DNA of 64,000 bases from Caecitellus pseudoparvulus (taxonomy: Eukaryota; Protista; Bigyra: Bicosoecida), in NCBI GenBank assembly GCA_965644315.1, contig CBFFRQ010000020.1, positions 256,534-320,533 of the forward strand, in the 5' to 3' direction. Below are positions 50,254 through 62,800 of the stretch, piece after piece. Positions within the stretch are counted from its first letter, which is position 1; the number at the start of each line of letters is the position of its first letter. The notes beneath the pieces are model-generated. The model made no database searches, was not told the origin of the DNA, and saw nothing but the letters and a program-made list of their open reading frames with translations. The position numbers were made by a program, and so were the translations under genes.

Positions 50254-51209
50254 CGTGGGAGAAGCGCCGGAAAGTGCCGGCCCACCACGCCAAACAAAAA
50301 CCGCAGCGCACCAGGCGTGCAGCCAACCTAAATGCAGCACGATGAGCAAGTGGAGCAGCAAGCATTTCGATGAGCACGTCTTGGACTCTTGAACGAGTGT
50401 GTTATGGGCCCTTTCCTCTCTAGTCAAAAAAGCTGACAAGGCAGCCTCGGACACTCCGAGTGCTGCCTCAGCCTTTGCTGTCGGGGTGTCGAATTAGCGT
50501 TTGGGCCGTCTTCTTTCTTGCCAAGAAAAGGTTGCCCATTGCTGTGGCCCCGACGATGGACTGCCACATCCGTGCTTTGTAAGGCTCGTGCAATGCTCGC
50601 CGTTGATGTCCCTCGCAGTGGGCACCAACCGTAGCACCCGGCAGGTGCTTGCCTCCCACGGCCCGCGGACCACTACACCGTGCGTGCGTCGCGCACAATG
50701 CAGAGCACTACAAAGCAATCACCCCCACGATGCCCAACGTGCGGTTGGGCAAAAAGCGTGCGTTCCTCACTTGTGCAAGCAAAAACGGAAGCTGAACTTC
50801 TCGTCTCCCGGGGTGTCGAGTTAGCGCTGCGTACCGTCGCCTGTCTAGTCAAGGCAAGGTTGTACTTGGCTGTGGCCCCGGATAAGTGACCTCAGTTCCA
50901 GCAAAGTATATATATACCAATGTAAAGGGTCGACCCCCCACCAATCCAGTGGGCGACGTCCTGCTCGACAGCTCTCCTTGCAGGGGCCCAGCCCACAACA
51001 AAACCCCCTCAACTGCTTGCACAATTTGCGTAGTGTTGTATTCATTGCGGTACTTGCACCCTCACCACTGCCCTGCCTCGTGGAGGGGTGTGCCATTGCT
51101 TGCGGATTTTGCTCGAGCAAGACAGGTGCGAGGCACGTTCCCTAGCTACGTATTGGCGCACCTGGATCAGCTGTGTTGGAAATAAGCGGTCTCCGTAACA
51201 CTTGGGACT

Positions 51210-54200
51210 ATGTCAGGAGCAGCAGATGCCCTGGGCGATTTGCTGGGTGAGCAGCGGCGAGTGTGCTGGCGTGCGTGTGGCTATTTGAATGCACCTCTCC
51301 CGCCCGGTGCCCAGCCGAACTGTCGGACGAGTCCGAGCAGGAAGCAGAGGCAGGGAGTGACCCACCCAGCAGCTCAGGAACTGGCTCGTCAAGGGCCCTC
51401 GTGGACCTGGGCGCCAATGCCGCCCCCCAGCGCACAGGGGTGCTGCCCAGCAAAGCAGCTCGGCACGCGGCGCCCTTGCCAAGGCAGCCGGCGCAGCAGC
51501 AGCAGCCGCAGGCGGGGGCCCATGGCGACACCACCGGCAGCGTGGAAACAGAGCGCGTGTCTGGCTTCCGCCTGCGTCAGCGCAAGGTGTCGCAGGCGGA
51601 GATGGACGCGGGGCTGGTGGGGCGCACCTACCTCTCCCTGCGCAAGCTGGCGCGCATGACCGTGGGCGCTGTGGGGGACGTGGCGGCGGGCGGGGAGTGG
51701 CTGACCATCGGCGTCATCGAGACGTCTCGGGGCGCCCGGGACTCTGCCCGTGGCAACCGCTTCGCGTCGTGGGTACTTAGCGACTTCACGCACTCTGCCA
51801 CGGTGCTGCTGTTCGGCGCCGCCTGCGGCACCTTTGGGGCGCTGTCCCCAGGGCACGTCGTGCTGCTGTTCGCGCCCAAGGTGCTGCCGTCCAAGTCTGA
51901 CCCCACGGCCTTCAGCCTGGCCGTGACGGAGGAGCACCAAGTCACGTTGCTGGGGCGCAGTGCAGACTACGGCACCTGCGCCGGCACACGCCGCGACGGC
52001 CAGCCCTGCACCGCCATCGTGAACACCTCCACGGGGCGGTTCTGCAGGTACCACATGGCTGCCGAGTTCAAGCGCCTGGCGTCGGGTCGGGGGGCCTTCT
52101 CCTCCTCCGCCTCAGGCGGCCTGCGCACGGTGGGGGGCACCCGCCGCGGCAACATGTCAGCGGGCGCGTACTCTCGAGAGGCCTTCGCCGTGGCTGACAT
52201 GTCCATGGGGGCAGTGTTCTCTGCAGGCGCCAGCGGGGCGGGGCGGGGCGACGCGCCAGTGCCCCGGGGCGCGTATGGCGGGCAGGTGGGCAAGGCTGCC
52301 ACAGCCATGCGCGCCCTGCAGAAGAAGGTGCGGACAGTGGCCTCCCAGGCCCCCGCCGCGTCACGTGGCGGGGGGGCAGTGGCGCTGCGCATCGCACCCG
52401 ATGGCTCTGCCCGCGCCCCGGGCATGGCCAGCAGGGGGGTGGGCCCACATGCCGCACCCCGGCGCCCCGCCTCCGCCGCCGCTGCCCACCCCTCTCGGGA
52501 CTCCAAGGCCACGCAGGGTCTGGTGCAGGCTGCCCGGGCGAGGGGGGGCGGTGCACAGGCCCTGCGCCGCCCAGCGCCGCGCTCTGGGGGTGGCGGAACA
52601 GGGGCCATGCTGGCCCGGGTGTCTGCGGCGTACAAGCGAGGGGGGGAGGGGCGGGCCGTGGCTGGGCGAGTGGCGGATGCACTCTTGGACTCGGCACGCC
52701 CCCGCAGTGCCGCCGCCCCCCGGCACATGTCACGAGGCGTCAGCCGGGCAGTGGCGGCGCTGAACGCTGTGCGGGGCGGGGTGGGTGTCCTGCACCTGGA
52801 CGACGACGACGACAACAACCCTGGTCGCAGCGCGCGCCGCCTCATGAGCACGCTGACACACGGCATGTCCACGTCCCAGCGCCTGCAGACGGTGGCGCCC
52901 CCCGCAGCCAAGCACTCGGCCTTCCTGGAGTCGCTGGATGCGGCGCGGGGGCGGTGGGCGACAAGGGGTGGCGGGGGGCGGCCCCAGTCACCCGCACCCG
53001 CACCCGCACCGGCCGCCGCTGCCGCACCTACCCCTCACAGCCGACACCATGCACAGAGCAGGGCCAACCCCCCCTCACAACCTGCGAGGGCACCCGCCCC
53101 CCACACGGCGCGTGAGGTGGCGCCTGAGCCCCCCCCTCCCGCCAGCCCCAAGGCCATCCCCCACTTGCAGTCACGGTCGCAGAGCGACTTCCTCGCAGCG
53201 GGGCGGAGCGGCCACTTGGAGGCGCAGGCGTGGGCACAGCGGGCGCTGGGAGGCGGGGCAGACTGTGCGCCTGAGCAGCCGGCAGCGGCACGCGATGCGC
53301 TGGGGGCAGCGCTGACGGGGGATGCAGCTGGCCCAGGTCCACGCCGACCCCCCCCCCGGGCCGCCGCCACCACCACCACCTTCTTGGCTGTCAACACGGC
53401 CCGCGGCCAGCAACGGGAGGTGCTGGCTTCCCGCGTGCAGCGCTCGAACACGCCCTCCCCGTCGCAGTGCGACGTGCTGGACCTGGACGACGACCAGTGC
53501 CTGGCCGCTGCCATGGCTGTCATGGATGCCCTGCCCCAGCACGGTCACCAGCGACCGCCCACGCCGCCTGGGCGAGATGGCGGGGCGACACGGCAGCAGG
53601 GGCCCCCTGCATCGCCCCCCCGCCGCCGCACCAAGTCTGCCCCCCGTCGCCCCACACGGCAACCGCGGCAGCCGGCTCCCTCCCACCCCCGCCCACAGCA
53701 GCCTCAGCGGGCAGACAAGGTGCCAGCCACAGTGGCTGCCTCCTCCCGTGCCGGCGCCATGTTGGGCCTGCACTCTCGTGTTGCCCCGGGCTCCACCCTG
53801 GTGCAGGTGCGGGGGGGGGCGTCCCCGCCTCCTGCCCCCCCCTCCCAGGCGCCGCCACCCCCCGCCCGCCATGGACCCCACACACTGCCCGCCAAACCCC
53901 GCCCCTTGGCGGCCGCCCCGCCTTCCGCCGGGGACATGGTGGTGCAGCGGGGGCTGTACGGGCCCGGGAGGGGGGGGCAGCCCCCCCCCTCCACCTCCAC
54001 CACCGCAACGGGCGGTGTCAAGCGGCCCCGGCCAGCCGACGCGGCCCTCCTACGGCGCCTGGCAGCTGAGCGAGGCAAGAGCACGCCGGCAGCCCAGGCC
54101 AAGGCGCCGCGCCAGGCCGGCGCCATGGGCCCCGGCAGCTTCCTGCGCACAGCCAGCGCGCCAGATGGGCAGTTGACCGCCGCTGCCGCCGTGAGCATTG

Positions 54201-54625
54201 CCGAGGCGGCCTCGTCCATGGAGGGCGAGGCGTCAGCGGCCCGTGTGGAGGGCGTGCTGGCTGGCTTCTCCCGTGCCGAGCGCCTGGAAGCCATGTTCGA
54301 GGCGGCGCCCACGATGCGCAAGGTGCCAGTGTACCAGTGCCTGACCTGCCGCGGGCAGCCGTGCACGCTGGCACCGCCGCCCCTCTGCCGCTCGGAGGGC
54401 CACAACGTGCAGCGCAAGACCAGGAAGCAGTTCGGGTTCCGCTGCACCTCCTGCAGCGCCTTCCTGGCCACCTGGACCGCCGCGCTGGCCACCCCCTGCC
54501 GCCGCTGCGGCTGCCGCTCCTGGCAACCCGCCCCCTTCCTGCACCTGCACAAGGGCCTGGCAGATGTCAGCCACACTCAGCTCTCCAGCACCGGCGGCGA
54601 GGAGGTGCGCTCCCTGCGCCAGTGA
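51210..54625 (+). CDS. MCM10: DNA replication factor Mcm10
   Basis: ERVSGFRLRQR, OB-fold WLTIGVI...FASWVLSD, CCCH finger GTCAGTRRDGQPCTAIVN...FCRYH, and C-terminal zinc motifs CLTC...CRSEGH...CTSC...CRRCG. Short first exon with an intron at ~51247-51315. Confidence 0.9.
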
Positions 54626-54664
54626 GACCCGGGGCCGGGGGCCGGGGGGGGCTGCCTGCCTGCA

Positions 54665-56089
54665 TTACAAGTCGGTGGCCCACGCCAGCAAGGCATCCAG
54701 CTCTCCCTCCCCGGGAGACTCCCGCCCACTGCTCGAGCCGGGGGACTGCCCCCCAGGGGGACCCGTGCGGGGACCCAGGCGCAGCACGGACAGTGCCGCG
54801 TCCACTGCTCCTGGCTGCCCCCCCCCCGCCTCGCCAGGGGGCGCAGGGCTGTCGGGGGTGGCCTCAGCCGGGGCGGGCGCCGGAGGTACCACCGCTGCGG
54901 CTGGTGCAGGGGTGGGAGCGGGTGCCTGCAGCGACAGCAGCGCATCCAGCCGAGCCTGCAGCGCCGCTTGCGTCGCGGCCTGGGCCGCCAGCTCCTCACG
55001 CAGGGCACGCTGCTCTGCTGCCTGCTCCGCCAAGGCCCGCAGCAAGTCAGGGTTGCCAGCTGGTTCGTCTGGGGGGGGAGCGGTGGAGGCACCCCCCCCC
55101 GCAGAGCCAGCAGCACCCACTGCCTGGCCTCCGTACAGCGCCGCCCTCCTGCGCACCTGTTGCAGTGCCGCGGAGGGCTTCACAGCCCTTGCATGGCGCT
55201 GGGCCAGTGCGCCAGACCCGGCTGGGTGCGGGTCGGCCTGGCCTGGCCGCTGAGCATCTGCGGCCTGCTCCAAAGCATACGCCCGCGGCTGGACACGGGT
55301 ACCCTGGGCCTGCATGGACCTGTGTCCTGTGGGTACCCGCGGCAGGCGGCTAGCAGCTGTCATGGCGAAGGCGGCGTGGGTGGCCCACTGCGGAAGGGAC
55401 CCTGTCAGGCTCGGGACTGGAGGCAGGGGGCGGGGCCCGGGGCGCCGCCCGGTGCCAACGCGGGCAGCAGCGGCACCTGCCCGGGCAGGGGCGGATCGCG
55501 TCGTGTCGGGGCTTCCAGCCCGGCGGCGTGCGCCGCTGCTGCTGCCTGCAGCCACACTGGCGGAGCCGGCGCGAGCCAGGGGTGTGGAGGGCTGCCCCCC
55601 AACAAGCAGGGCGCCCCCCCCCTCCCGCAGCGTCTGCGACAAACCACGTGCACGCTGATGTGATGGAGGAGCACGGAGCGCAGGCAAGGCGTGCACAGCT
55701 GGGCCCTGCAGCTCTGCCGAGGGGTGCGTGAGCGCCGCTCCCCGTGGAGGTTGCCGCGACCAGGGGGCTTGCTGCGGAATGCCTGCCTGGCCCGCCGCAG
55801 AGCTGCCCTGTGCATCATGCTGGCGAAGGCGTGAAGCGCCTGATTCCCCACGCAATGCACGCGTGAGCTCCAGCTCTCGCCATGGCGAGATGTGCATGGT
55901 GCACCCCTGCCCCTCCTCAGGCACACGCCTCCAGCACCGAAACACTGCGCTGCGAGCTCGCACCTCCGAGGGGCTAGCGTTCAGGTGTCGGAGCCGCACT
56001 TCGCAAGGGGGGTTGGTGCAAGGCACTTTCATCCAGGGGCAAACCTCAGAACTCTCGAAGGCTGCCCGCTGCAGAGATTTTGACACCAT
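54665..56089 (-). CDS. Hypothetical low-complexity protein with short coiled coil
   Basis: Long minus-strand ORF with LLRALAEQAAEQRALREELAAQAATQAALQARLDALL and terminal ELDALLAWATDL. Start and introns are uncertain. Confidence 0.4.
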   Translation of the reverse strand: MVSKSLQRAAFESSEVCPWMKVPCTNPPCEVRLRHLNASPSEVRARSAVFRCWRRVPEEGQGCTMHISPWRELELTRALRGESGASRLRQHDAQGSSAAGQAGIPQQAPWSRQPPRGAALTHPSAELQGPAVHALPALRAPPSHQRARGLSQTLREGGGALLVGGQPSTPLARAGSASVAAGSSSGARRRAGSPDTTRSAPARAGAAAARVGTGRRPGPRPLPPVPSLTGSLPQWATHAAFAMTAASRLPRVPTGHRSMQAQGTRVQPRAYALEQAADAQRPGQADPHPAGSGALAQRHARAVKPSAALQQVRRRAALYGGQAVGAAGSAGGGASTAPPPDEPAGNPDLLRALAEQAAEQRALREELAAQAATQAALQARLDALLSLQAPAPTPAPAAAVVPPAPAPAEATPDSPAPPGEAGGGQPGAVDAALSVLRLGPRTGPPGGQSPGSSSGRESPGEGELDALLAWATDL

Positions 56090-56251
56090 CACGTGCACAG
56101 CGTTTTGCTGCCTGGTGCCACCACGCCGGCACAGCACACGATCAGATGCAAAATATGAACACCCCTACCGTGAACCCGCACCCTGTGTGTTGAACAGCAT
56201 TTGCTCGAGTGCATCTTCGTGCTCCCTTCCCAAACACCTCCCAGTGTCATC

Positions 56252-57024
56252 ATGGTGAGTGAGCGGTGGAGAGTACGCCGCTGCAGCCGCCCGGGCACAC
56301 TGACGCCGCTGCTCGCAGGCGTTTGCTCGCGCCACCACCTCTGCCATGTCGCGCATGGCCATGGCCAAGCCCCACCCAGTTGCCATGCAAGCTGTTCCTC
56401 GGCGGTTTGCTGGCGGCTCCGCTGAGGAGTTGGCAGGTGAGCGCAGGCGCAACCAGTCCAGCGGCGGCCCGGCTGCGGGCTGCCGCTGTGCTTGCTCGTG
56501 TTGAGATCTGTCCATGCACTCTTCTGCACTTGATCACTGACCTGTACCCGACCTATCCCCGCAGCTGGCACCCAGATGTGGCTGAAGGCAAGGTGAGTGC
56601 AGCGGAATTTCGTCCTCATCACAAGCCGCAAGCCTCGACGCGTGGGCCCGCGAACCTGCCTCTTGAGGCGACCTTGCACTAAGGTCATGCGGGTAGCAGT
56701 TTATGCTCGTTGGATCTCCTCCTTTGGGTGCTTGCGCTGTCGCCATGGCTCGGTGTCTCTGATGCGTGCCTGACCTGTGTGCTGGTGTCGGCCTGCACCC
56801 TGAACGGCACCTCCTTCCTTCGCAGCATCGTTGGCCTGGTGGCTTTCACCATTCCCTACTCAGTTTGGATGGCATACGTTGAAGGCACTCACGAGCACCA
56901 TGGATCCAAGGTCATCTACCCTCACATGAAGACACGCGCCAAGAAGTTCCCTTGGGCCAATTCCGACTGTGACTTCTTTGACAGCGAGTGCCACGCGGAG
57001 GCAAAGAAGGCGGCCGCTCAATGA
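56252..57024 (+). CDS. COX6A: Cytochrome c oxidase subunit 6a
   Basis: Phase-consistent exons 56252-56254, 56319-56436, 56565-56592 and 56826-57024. They give a mitochondrial presequence (MAFARATTSAMSRMAMAK...), then MWLKASIVGLVAFTIPYSVW (TM), HEHH and YPHMKTRAKKFPW. Confidence 0.85.
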
Positions 57025-57108
57025 TGCCTGTCTGCGCCCTTGCTGCAATGTGGTGCTGAATGCATTCCCCCCCTCGTGCAAAGTGTGTGGCACCAGCCAG
57101 CAGGAGTC

Positions 57109-57903
57109 TCACATCCCCCGAGGCGGCGGCATGCCCGGCATAGCCCCAGGCGCCGGCATCCCACGCGGTGGCATGCCCGGCATAGCCCCAGGCGCCGGCA
57201 TCCCCCGCGGTGGCATGCCCGGCATAGCCCCAGGCGCCGGCATCCCCCGCGGTGGCATGCCCGGCATAGCCCCGTGCGGAGGCACTGGGGCGGAGCCGCC
57301 AACGCCCGCAACAGGCCCAGCAAGGCCAGCCGGTGCCATGCCCATAGGTGCTGCTGATATCCCACGGCCAGCAGCCTTCGCCACGCCTGGGCCCACGACG
57401 CGGGCATCTTCCCGCCTTCCCTTCGACGCAGGCGGCGCCTCCACTTGCAGGCTGACAACCGTATCACCGCGCAGCAGAATCAGACCCAAAGGCCTCCGCT
57501 CCGTTCGCTCTTCGGCTGCGAAGGGTGGGGCATCGCAGGGCATGTGCAGCATGCTGCCAGCACGCGCATTTGCGCGAGAGCCAGCCGCACCTGTGCCTCC
57601 GGACTTCTTGTTGCGCACGATGCGGAACTCCTCAGTATCGGACAACACAAGATTCATGTGCTTGTCAAAGGCCAGGAACGTCCCAATCAGGGTCCGCCTG
57701 CGCTAACGCAGGCAAGGAGGTGGGTGCGCTGCATGGCAGCGTGCGGAAAAGGGGACACAAGCTCACGTGTCGGCGAGCGTCACTCTCATCCGGTAGCTGA
57801 TGTAGTTCAGCAACTTAGAGGACTTGTTCATTGCCTGCAAAGCACGATGGCTGGGAGTTGTGGCCAGACTGAGGCTGGGGAGGGAGGCGGGGCAGCGCAC
57901 CAT
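57109..57903 (-). CDS. SNRPB: Small nuclear ribonucleoprotein SmB/B'
   Basis: Spliced [49 protein letters not shown]...[20 protein letters not shown] with a Pro/Gly/Met tail. Introns 57900-57835, 57766-57698 and ~57590-57517. Confidence 0.95.
57112..57273. repeat. 42-bp coding tandem repeat (~3.5 copies; [14 protein letters not shown]) in the SmB tail
   Basis: GGCATGCCCGGCATAGCCCC recurs at a 42-nt period. Confidence 0.92.
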
Positions 57904-58683
57904 CTTGCGTTTCAGACTTGCGTTTCACGCAGCAACTTGGCCAGCACCTGTGCAGCCTGACATGCTTCCCACAGCCGACGCAAGGCAATTCGCACCCCTG
58001 CTTCTGTGTGGGAATCGTTGTTGAATTTGTGTGTGCTCTGCCAGTGCGGAGTGGGTGGAAGCTGCAGGTTATCGCCACAAGCAGCACACACACTCGAGCT
58101 GCTAAAGCACAAAACAATGAAGGCCTGCCCAACTCCCGCGATGAGTCACCCCACGTTTCCACGAACCATCCACCGAATGTGGTGGGGGATTCACAGCGAT
58201 TGTGACAGCCAAGGCGGTGCACGGCGCATGCAGTGCAAGCACGCGTTGGGAGAGGGATTTCCGCACCTCACATAATGTCCTGGGCACTGCGCGTTTTCCC
58301 ACATCGAAGCAGAGATGTGAAGCGGGCACTTGCTCGGAGACATGCTGATATCATGCACGTTCAGATGCCACCGCAGTTTCCCCGCCTTTCGAAGCTCCAC
58401 CTGGTCCCCCTGCCTGGCAACTCTGGTTTTCGGCCACTCAACTTTGCAGTCCTGCCATCTACCGAGCAAGGTCACAGCAAGTCCCAATCCCTGAAGCAGC
58501 CAGCATGCACTGAAAGGCACCGTCTTCTCACGAGGGTGGTTTCTTTGTCTCCGCTTCCGTCTATTCTGAAGCCAGGCGGTACACTGCATCGTCAGCCCGT
58601 GCGGCATTTTTCTTCACACAAGCACGGACTGCAGAACTTACCAAAGTGGGTTTCGAAAGTCGGATACATTTCCATCGGCACAG

Positions 58684-59853
58684 TTGCTTTGGTTGGCGTC
58701 TCTTTTGCAGGCTGTGAGTTGGTCTTCCCTCAGTGCCTCGCCCTCCTGCAGCCTCAGTTCCTCTCCCTTTGCAGTTGGAGTCCTGGCTCTCAGCGCAGCC
58801 GCCGTCACAGCTTGGGTCGGATACAGGCTCGTATACCCGGCCATTCAAGCCTTTTCCAGTTCCCGTCGAGGTGCTTCGAACTCGGTTCGAGCTGCCTTTG
58901 CCCGTGCTCGAAGGGGCGACAACGTGTCCGGCATGGACTTCTTGAAGGGAGGGCGCTTGGACAAGCTGCTTTCGATCTTGCGGGATGCGGTAGTTGTGAA
59001 GATTGGAGCAACCCTGCTCACGGGAGAGTATGCAAACTTTGCGCTCGCTGAACTGACGGAGAAACTGTTGAACGCAGACGGTGGGGTTAGGCGAGTCGTC
59101 AACGAGCAGCATTTGACGGCACTTCACTTAGAGCACGGAGTGAATCAATTGCAGCAGGTGAAGGACGGAAGCGGTGGGGTACACCACTGGAATCCTACTT
59201 TGACGCTAGCGGTTGTTGTGCTTGATGAGCAGGGAAGGCCGTGCGGGCGAGCTCGAGTGCAGGCAACCTACGAATCGGTGGAGGTGACCCCGCCGCGCAG
59301 CTGGAGTGAGTGGGCCAAGACTGTGGCGAGAAAGACGGGAGCGGCTCTGAGTTCAAAGCCCCAAGGCAAATCCGATTCCGAGAAGGAGGGGGCAGAAGAA
59401 TGGGCCGATCCAGTCTTCATGGGCCAACTTCGAGAGGCAATTCTCAATCTACCAGAGATTGTCTTCTCACCACAGGAACTCACATTCGAGGCCGGCACTT
59501 GGAGTTCTGACTTCGCCACATTCATCCCAGACCCTCACAGAGATCCAGTCATTGTGGAACTTAACCAGCACGCGACATATGCGGCTGTGGATTTCATCCC
59601 AGGGCAGCTTCTCATCAACCAAGCTGCAGAACAGGCTGCAGCCTCAGGAAGTGCGGCACCTGAATTTCAGAGCGGCCTGGAGAAAACGTGGGAAGAATTC
59701 CAGTTACGCAGGCGGGCTGTTCTTGAGAGCAAGTCTGAGAACACAGCTCGCCGTGGAACTCATCGAGCTGCTTGCCAGTCTGGACAGTTCAGGTCCACAG
59801 TGCTCGAAGCAGATTTTAAAGTCCAGCAACCTGGCCATGAATCACCACAGTAA
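58684..59853 (+). CDS. Hypothetical membrane-anchored protein
   Basis: 389-codon ORF of normal complexity with a hydrophobic segment (FAVGVLALSAAAVTAWVGY). True start or upstream exons are unresolved. Confidence 0.5.
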   Translation: MLWLASLLQAVSWSSLSASPSCSLSSSPFAVGVLALSAAAVTAWVGYRLVYPAIQAFSSSRRGASNSVRAAFARARRGDNVSGMDFLKGGRLDKLLSILRDAVVVKIGATLLTGEYANFALAELTEKLLNADGGVRRVVNEQHLTALHLEHGVNQLQQVKDGSGGVHHWNPTLTLAVVVLDEQGRPCGRARVQATYESVEVTPPRSWSEWAKTVARKTGAALSSKPQGKSDSEKEGAEEWADPVFMGQLREAILNLPEIVFSPQELTFEAGTWSSDFATFIPDPHRDPVIVELNQHATYAAVDFIPGQLLINQAAEQAAASGSAAPEFQSGLEKTWEEFQLRRRAVLESKSENTARRGTHRAACQSGQFRSTVLEADFKVQQPGHESPQ

Positions 59854-59885
59854 TGCATTCTATTGCCCTTTTGTTGCCGGCGACA

Positions 59886-62800
59886 TTAGACATCGCGGCG
59901 CTGGAAAATCATTATTGTAGCCATGGCTCCAGGCGTCTTGTGAGATGTTGTCGGGTTTGCTCCCAAATTGATCAGCTCCACTTCAATGGTGCACAGAGTG
60001 TCATCAACAAGACGAGCGTTCATAGCTATCATCTCTCCTGTTGTGGAGTGCATGAACGTTGGCTGGAAGAAGACAATGTCCTTTGTTGAGCAAAATGCGT
60101 ACCCAGGCAGGGGGTAGTCCGCACCACCACTCTCCTTGAACGTTTTGGAAACGGTCGTGGTTGCCATGGAAGCCAAGGAAGCAGGGAATGGCCAATCGCT
60201 CACCATGACTCCACCTGTGACAATCCCGTGAAAGCCCTCTGCAGTGTTGGCCCCCAACTTGATGACGCCAGCAGTGCCTCCGCCCCCATCCACAGCCCCT
60301 GGTGAAATAACAACATTTCCACCATTTGCACCGCCTTGGCCATCTCCAGCGACGAGTGATATGGACCCAGCTGTTGCCACACCGGCTGAAAGGATCACAT
60401 TCCCTGCCGCCCCCGCAAGATCCGCCGCTGAAACCAGCTCCACATCTCCACCCAAAGAGGACTTTATCTCGACACCGGAGCCCTCCACCGAAACATCATC
60501 AGCAGCCGTCAGCGTGAGCGCTGACGAGGCAGAAATGGAAACTCCACTGGCCGTTATCAGCATCGATGACTCAATGGCACCACCAGAAAACATGTTCACG
60601 GAACCGTCACTGGCTCCGGAGCCAGAGCCTCTGTCCCCCGCACGAATGGCGATGCTCCCCCCCGCCCCGGCAGTGCCACCATCTCCTGCAGAAAGCTCAA
60701 TACTTCCACCAGCGCCCCCTGCTGCTGTTCCTGCAATGATGGACAAAGCTCCCATTGAGCCAGTGTCTGAACCGCCGCCTGAGAGAAGCAGCGACCCTCC
60801 TGCAGCTGACCCGGAGCTGCTACCTGCCAGGATAGACACAGAGCCTCCGTTGGTGTTTCCTGCTCCTAGAGCTTGACCCGCACTGAGAAGCAGCCCACCA
60901 ACAGACGTGGAAGCATCACCTGAGATGAGTGAGATACCTCCTGAAGCGCCCGCAGTTGAGGCGCCAGTTGAGAGTGTGATGGACCCTGTACCGGCTGCAG
61001 AGTCAGCAGTGAGAACGCTGATTGCGCCTCCAGTGGCAGAGCCGGAAGACCCAGACAAAATGCTCACGTCCCCTCCCACAGCTGCACCACCGGATGATCC
61101 CGCAGACAGGGTGATCTCTCCTCCAGTCCCAGAGTCAGAATCCCCGCTAGAAATGAAAACGTCAGCTCCATTCCCACCTGCCGTGGAGCCTGCAGTCATC
61201 TCAAGTGACCCCCCAGCACTCCCACTGGAACTTCCAACAGCCAAAGTAACGTCTCCAGCCTTTGCGGTCACAGCATTGGAAGAAGAAATGAGGATGCGAC
61301 CAGTGGTTGCTCCTGCACCAGCCGTTCCAGTCAGAACAGACACCGAACCAGAACCAGTTTGACCAACCCCCGATGCCATGGTCACACTTCCTGACGCAGC
61401 ACCAGATGACGCACCAGATGCAACTAGTACGAGCCCTCCAGCACCAGTACCTCCCGCCCCAGCTGTGAAAAGCGCTTGTCCTCCTTGAGGTCCAGACCCA
61501 GCTGTCAGGCTGACATGTCCGCCTGTTCCTGACGCAGAAGAGCCTGCTTCAACGACAATGTTGCCCTCAACAGACCCAGAGTTGTCACTGTTTCCGGCAA
61601 CTGACAGCACAATGCCACCAGCTTGCCCAGCTGCCGTACCAGACGCAGAGCCTGAAACAAGACTGATGGACCCAGATGACCCTGATGTGCCAGGCGATGC
61701 GGAGGAAATCAGGATGGAGCCCGTACTCCCACCAGTTGACGAGCCTGTCAGCACACTCAGGGAACCTGATGTTCCACTTGAAGAGGTACCTGATGCCAGC
61801 ATCAAGTGTCCACCAGTGCCAGGTGATGAACCAGCTTGAATGGACACAGCTCCACCAACACCAGAGGTAGTGGATGCTCCGACCTGCAAAACTATGTTCC
61901 CACCCCCCCCGCTGTTTGCCCCCGTGAGAAGAGAAATGCCCCCCGATGTTCCACTCCCTGCAGATGCGCCAGACCCAGTGCTCAACAAAATGCTGCCGCT
62001 ATTCTGCCCGGAGTTCGCACCTCCTGTGAGGAATTCCATAGCTCCCGAGTGACCATCATTCGTGGTTCCAGTCTCAAGAAGAATGCTCCCGCCGGAAAAC
62101 GCACCAGCCGCTGCCGAGCCTTGAAGTCCCTTGCCTGACTTGATTGTCACTGAGCCCCCACCGGCAGTTCCCTGTCCAGCAAGAAGCTCAATACTGCCGC
62201 CGGTCTGACCTGTGCCAGTCGCTTGCCCACCTTGGACAGAAACATCACCCCCCACAGAGTCTCTCCCAGAAGGTCCAACAAGAAGACTGATGCCCCCAGC
62301 GGGCCCAGTATCCCCAGCTGTAGTTGACCCACCCCGACCGGTGGACAGCACAATGTCGCCCGATGACAGAACGTCCGAAGTGGCGCCATCACCGGTAGAC
62401 GCAGCTTGACCCGTGATCAGAGAGATACTTCCTGAGCTGCCTCCATGACCCAATGACCCAGAGGGCTCTGCGGTACTCAGTAGAATAGAGCCGGACGTCG
62501 TAGCTGATGCAACGTCAGCCACAGAACCAGACACCAAGCTTACGCTACCTCCGGCATGAGCCCCTGTGCTGTCTCCAGCAGAAATTGATACGTGTCCTCC
62601 AGACCCTGCATCAGACGAGCCTACAGCAACCCTTATGTTTCCAGCGACATCAGCATCGCCCGTTTGAACAATCGCAGCTCCAGATGAAGAAGTGCCAGAG
62701 CCACTGCCAAACGAGACTGCCCCAGAAGTCACTCCCGATCCGCTCGTGATGGAGAGATCTCCACCAGTTCCAGATGGAGCTTGGCCGCTCGAAAGCGCAA

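Noticed and set aside
50260-51200. AT-richer ~950-bp spacer as a mobile element or RNA gene
   Set aside because: No terminal repeats, tRNA boxes or convincing ORF; consistent with a divergent promoter region.
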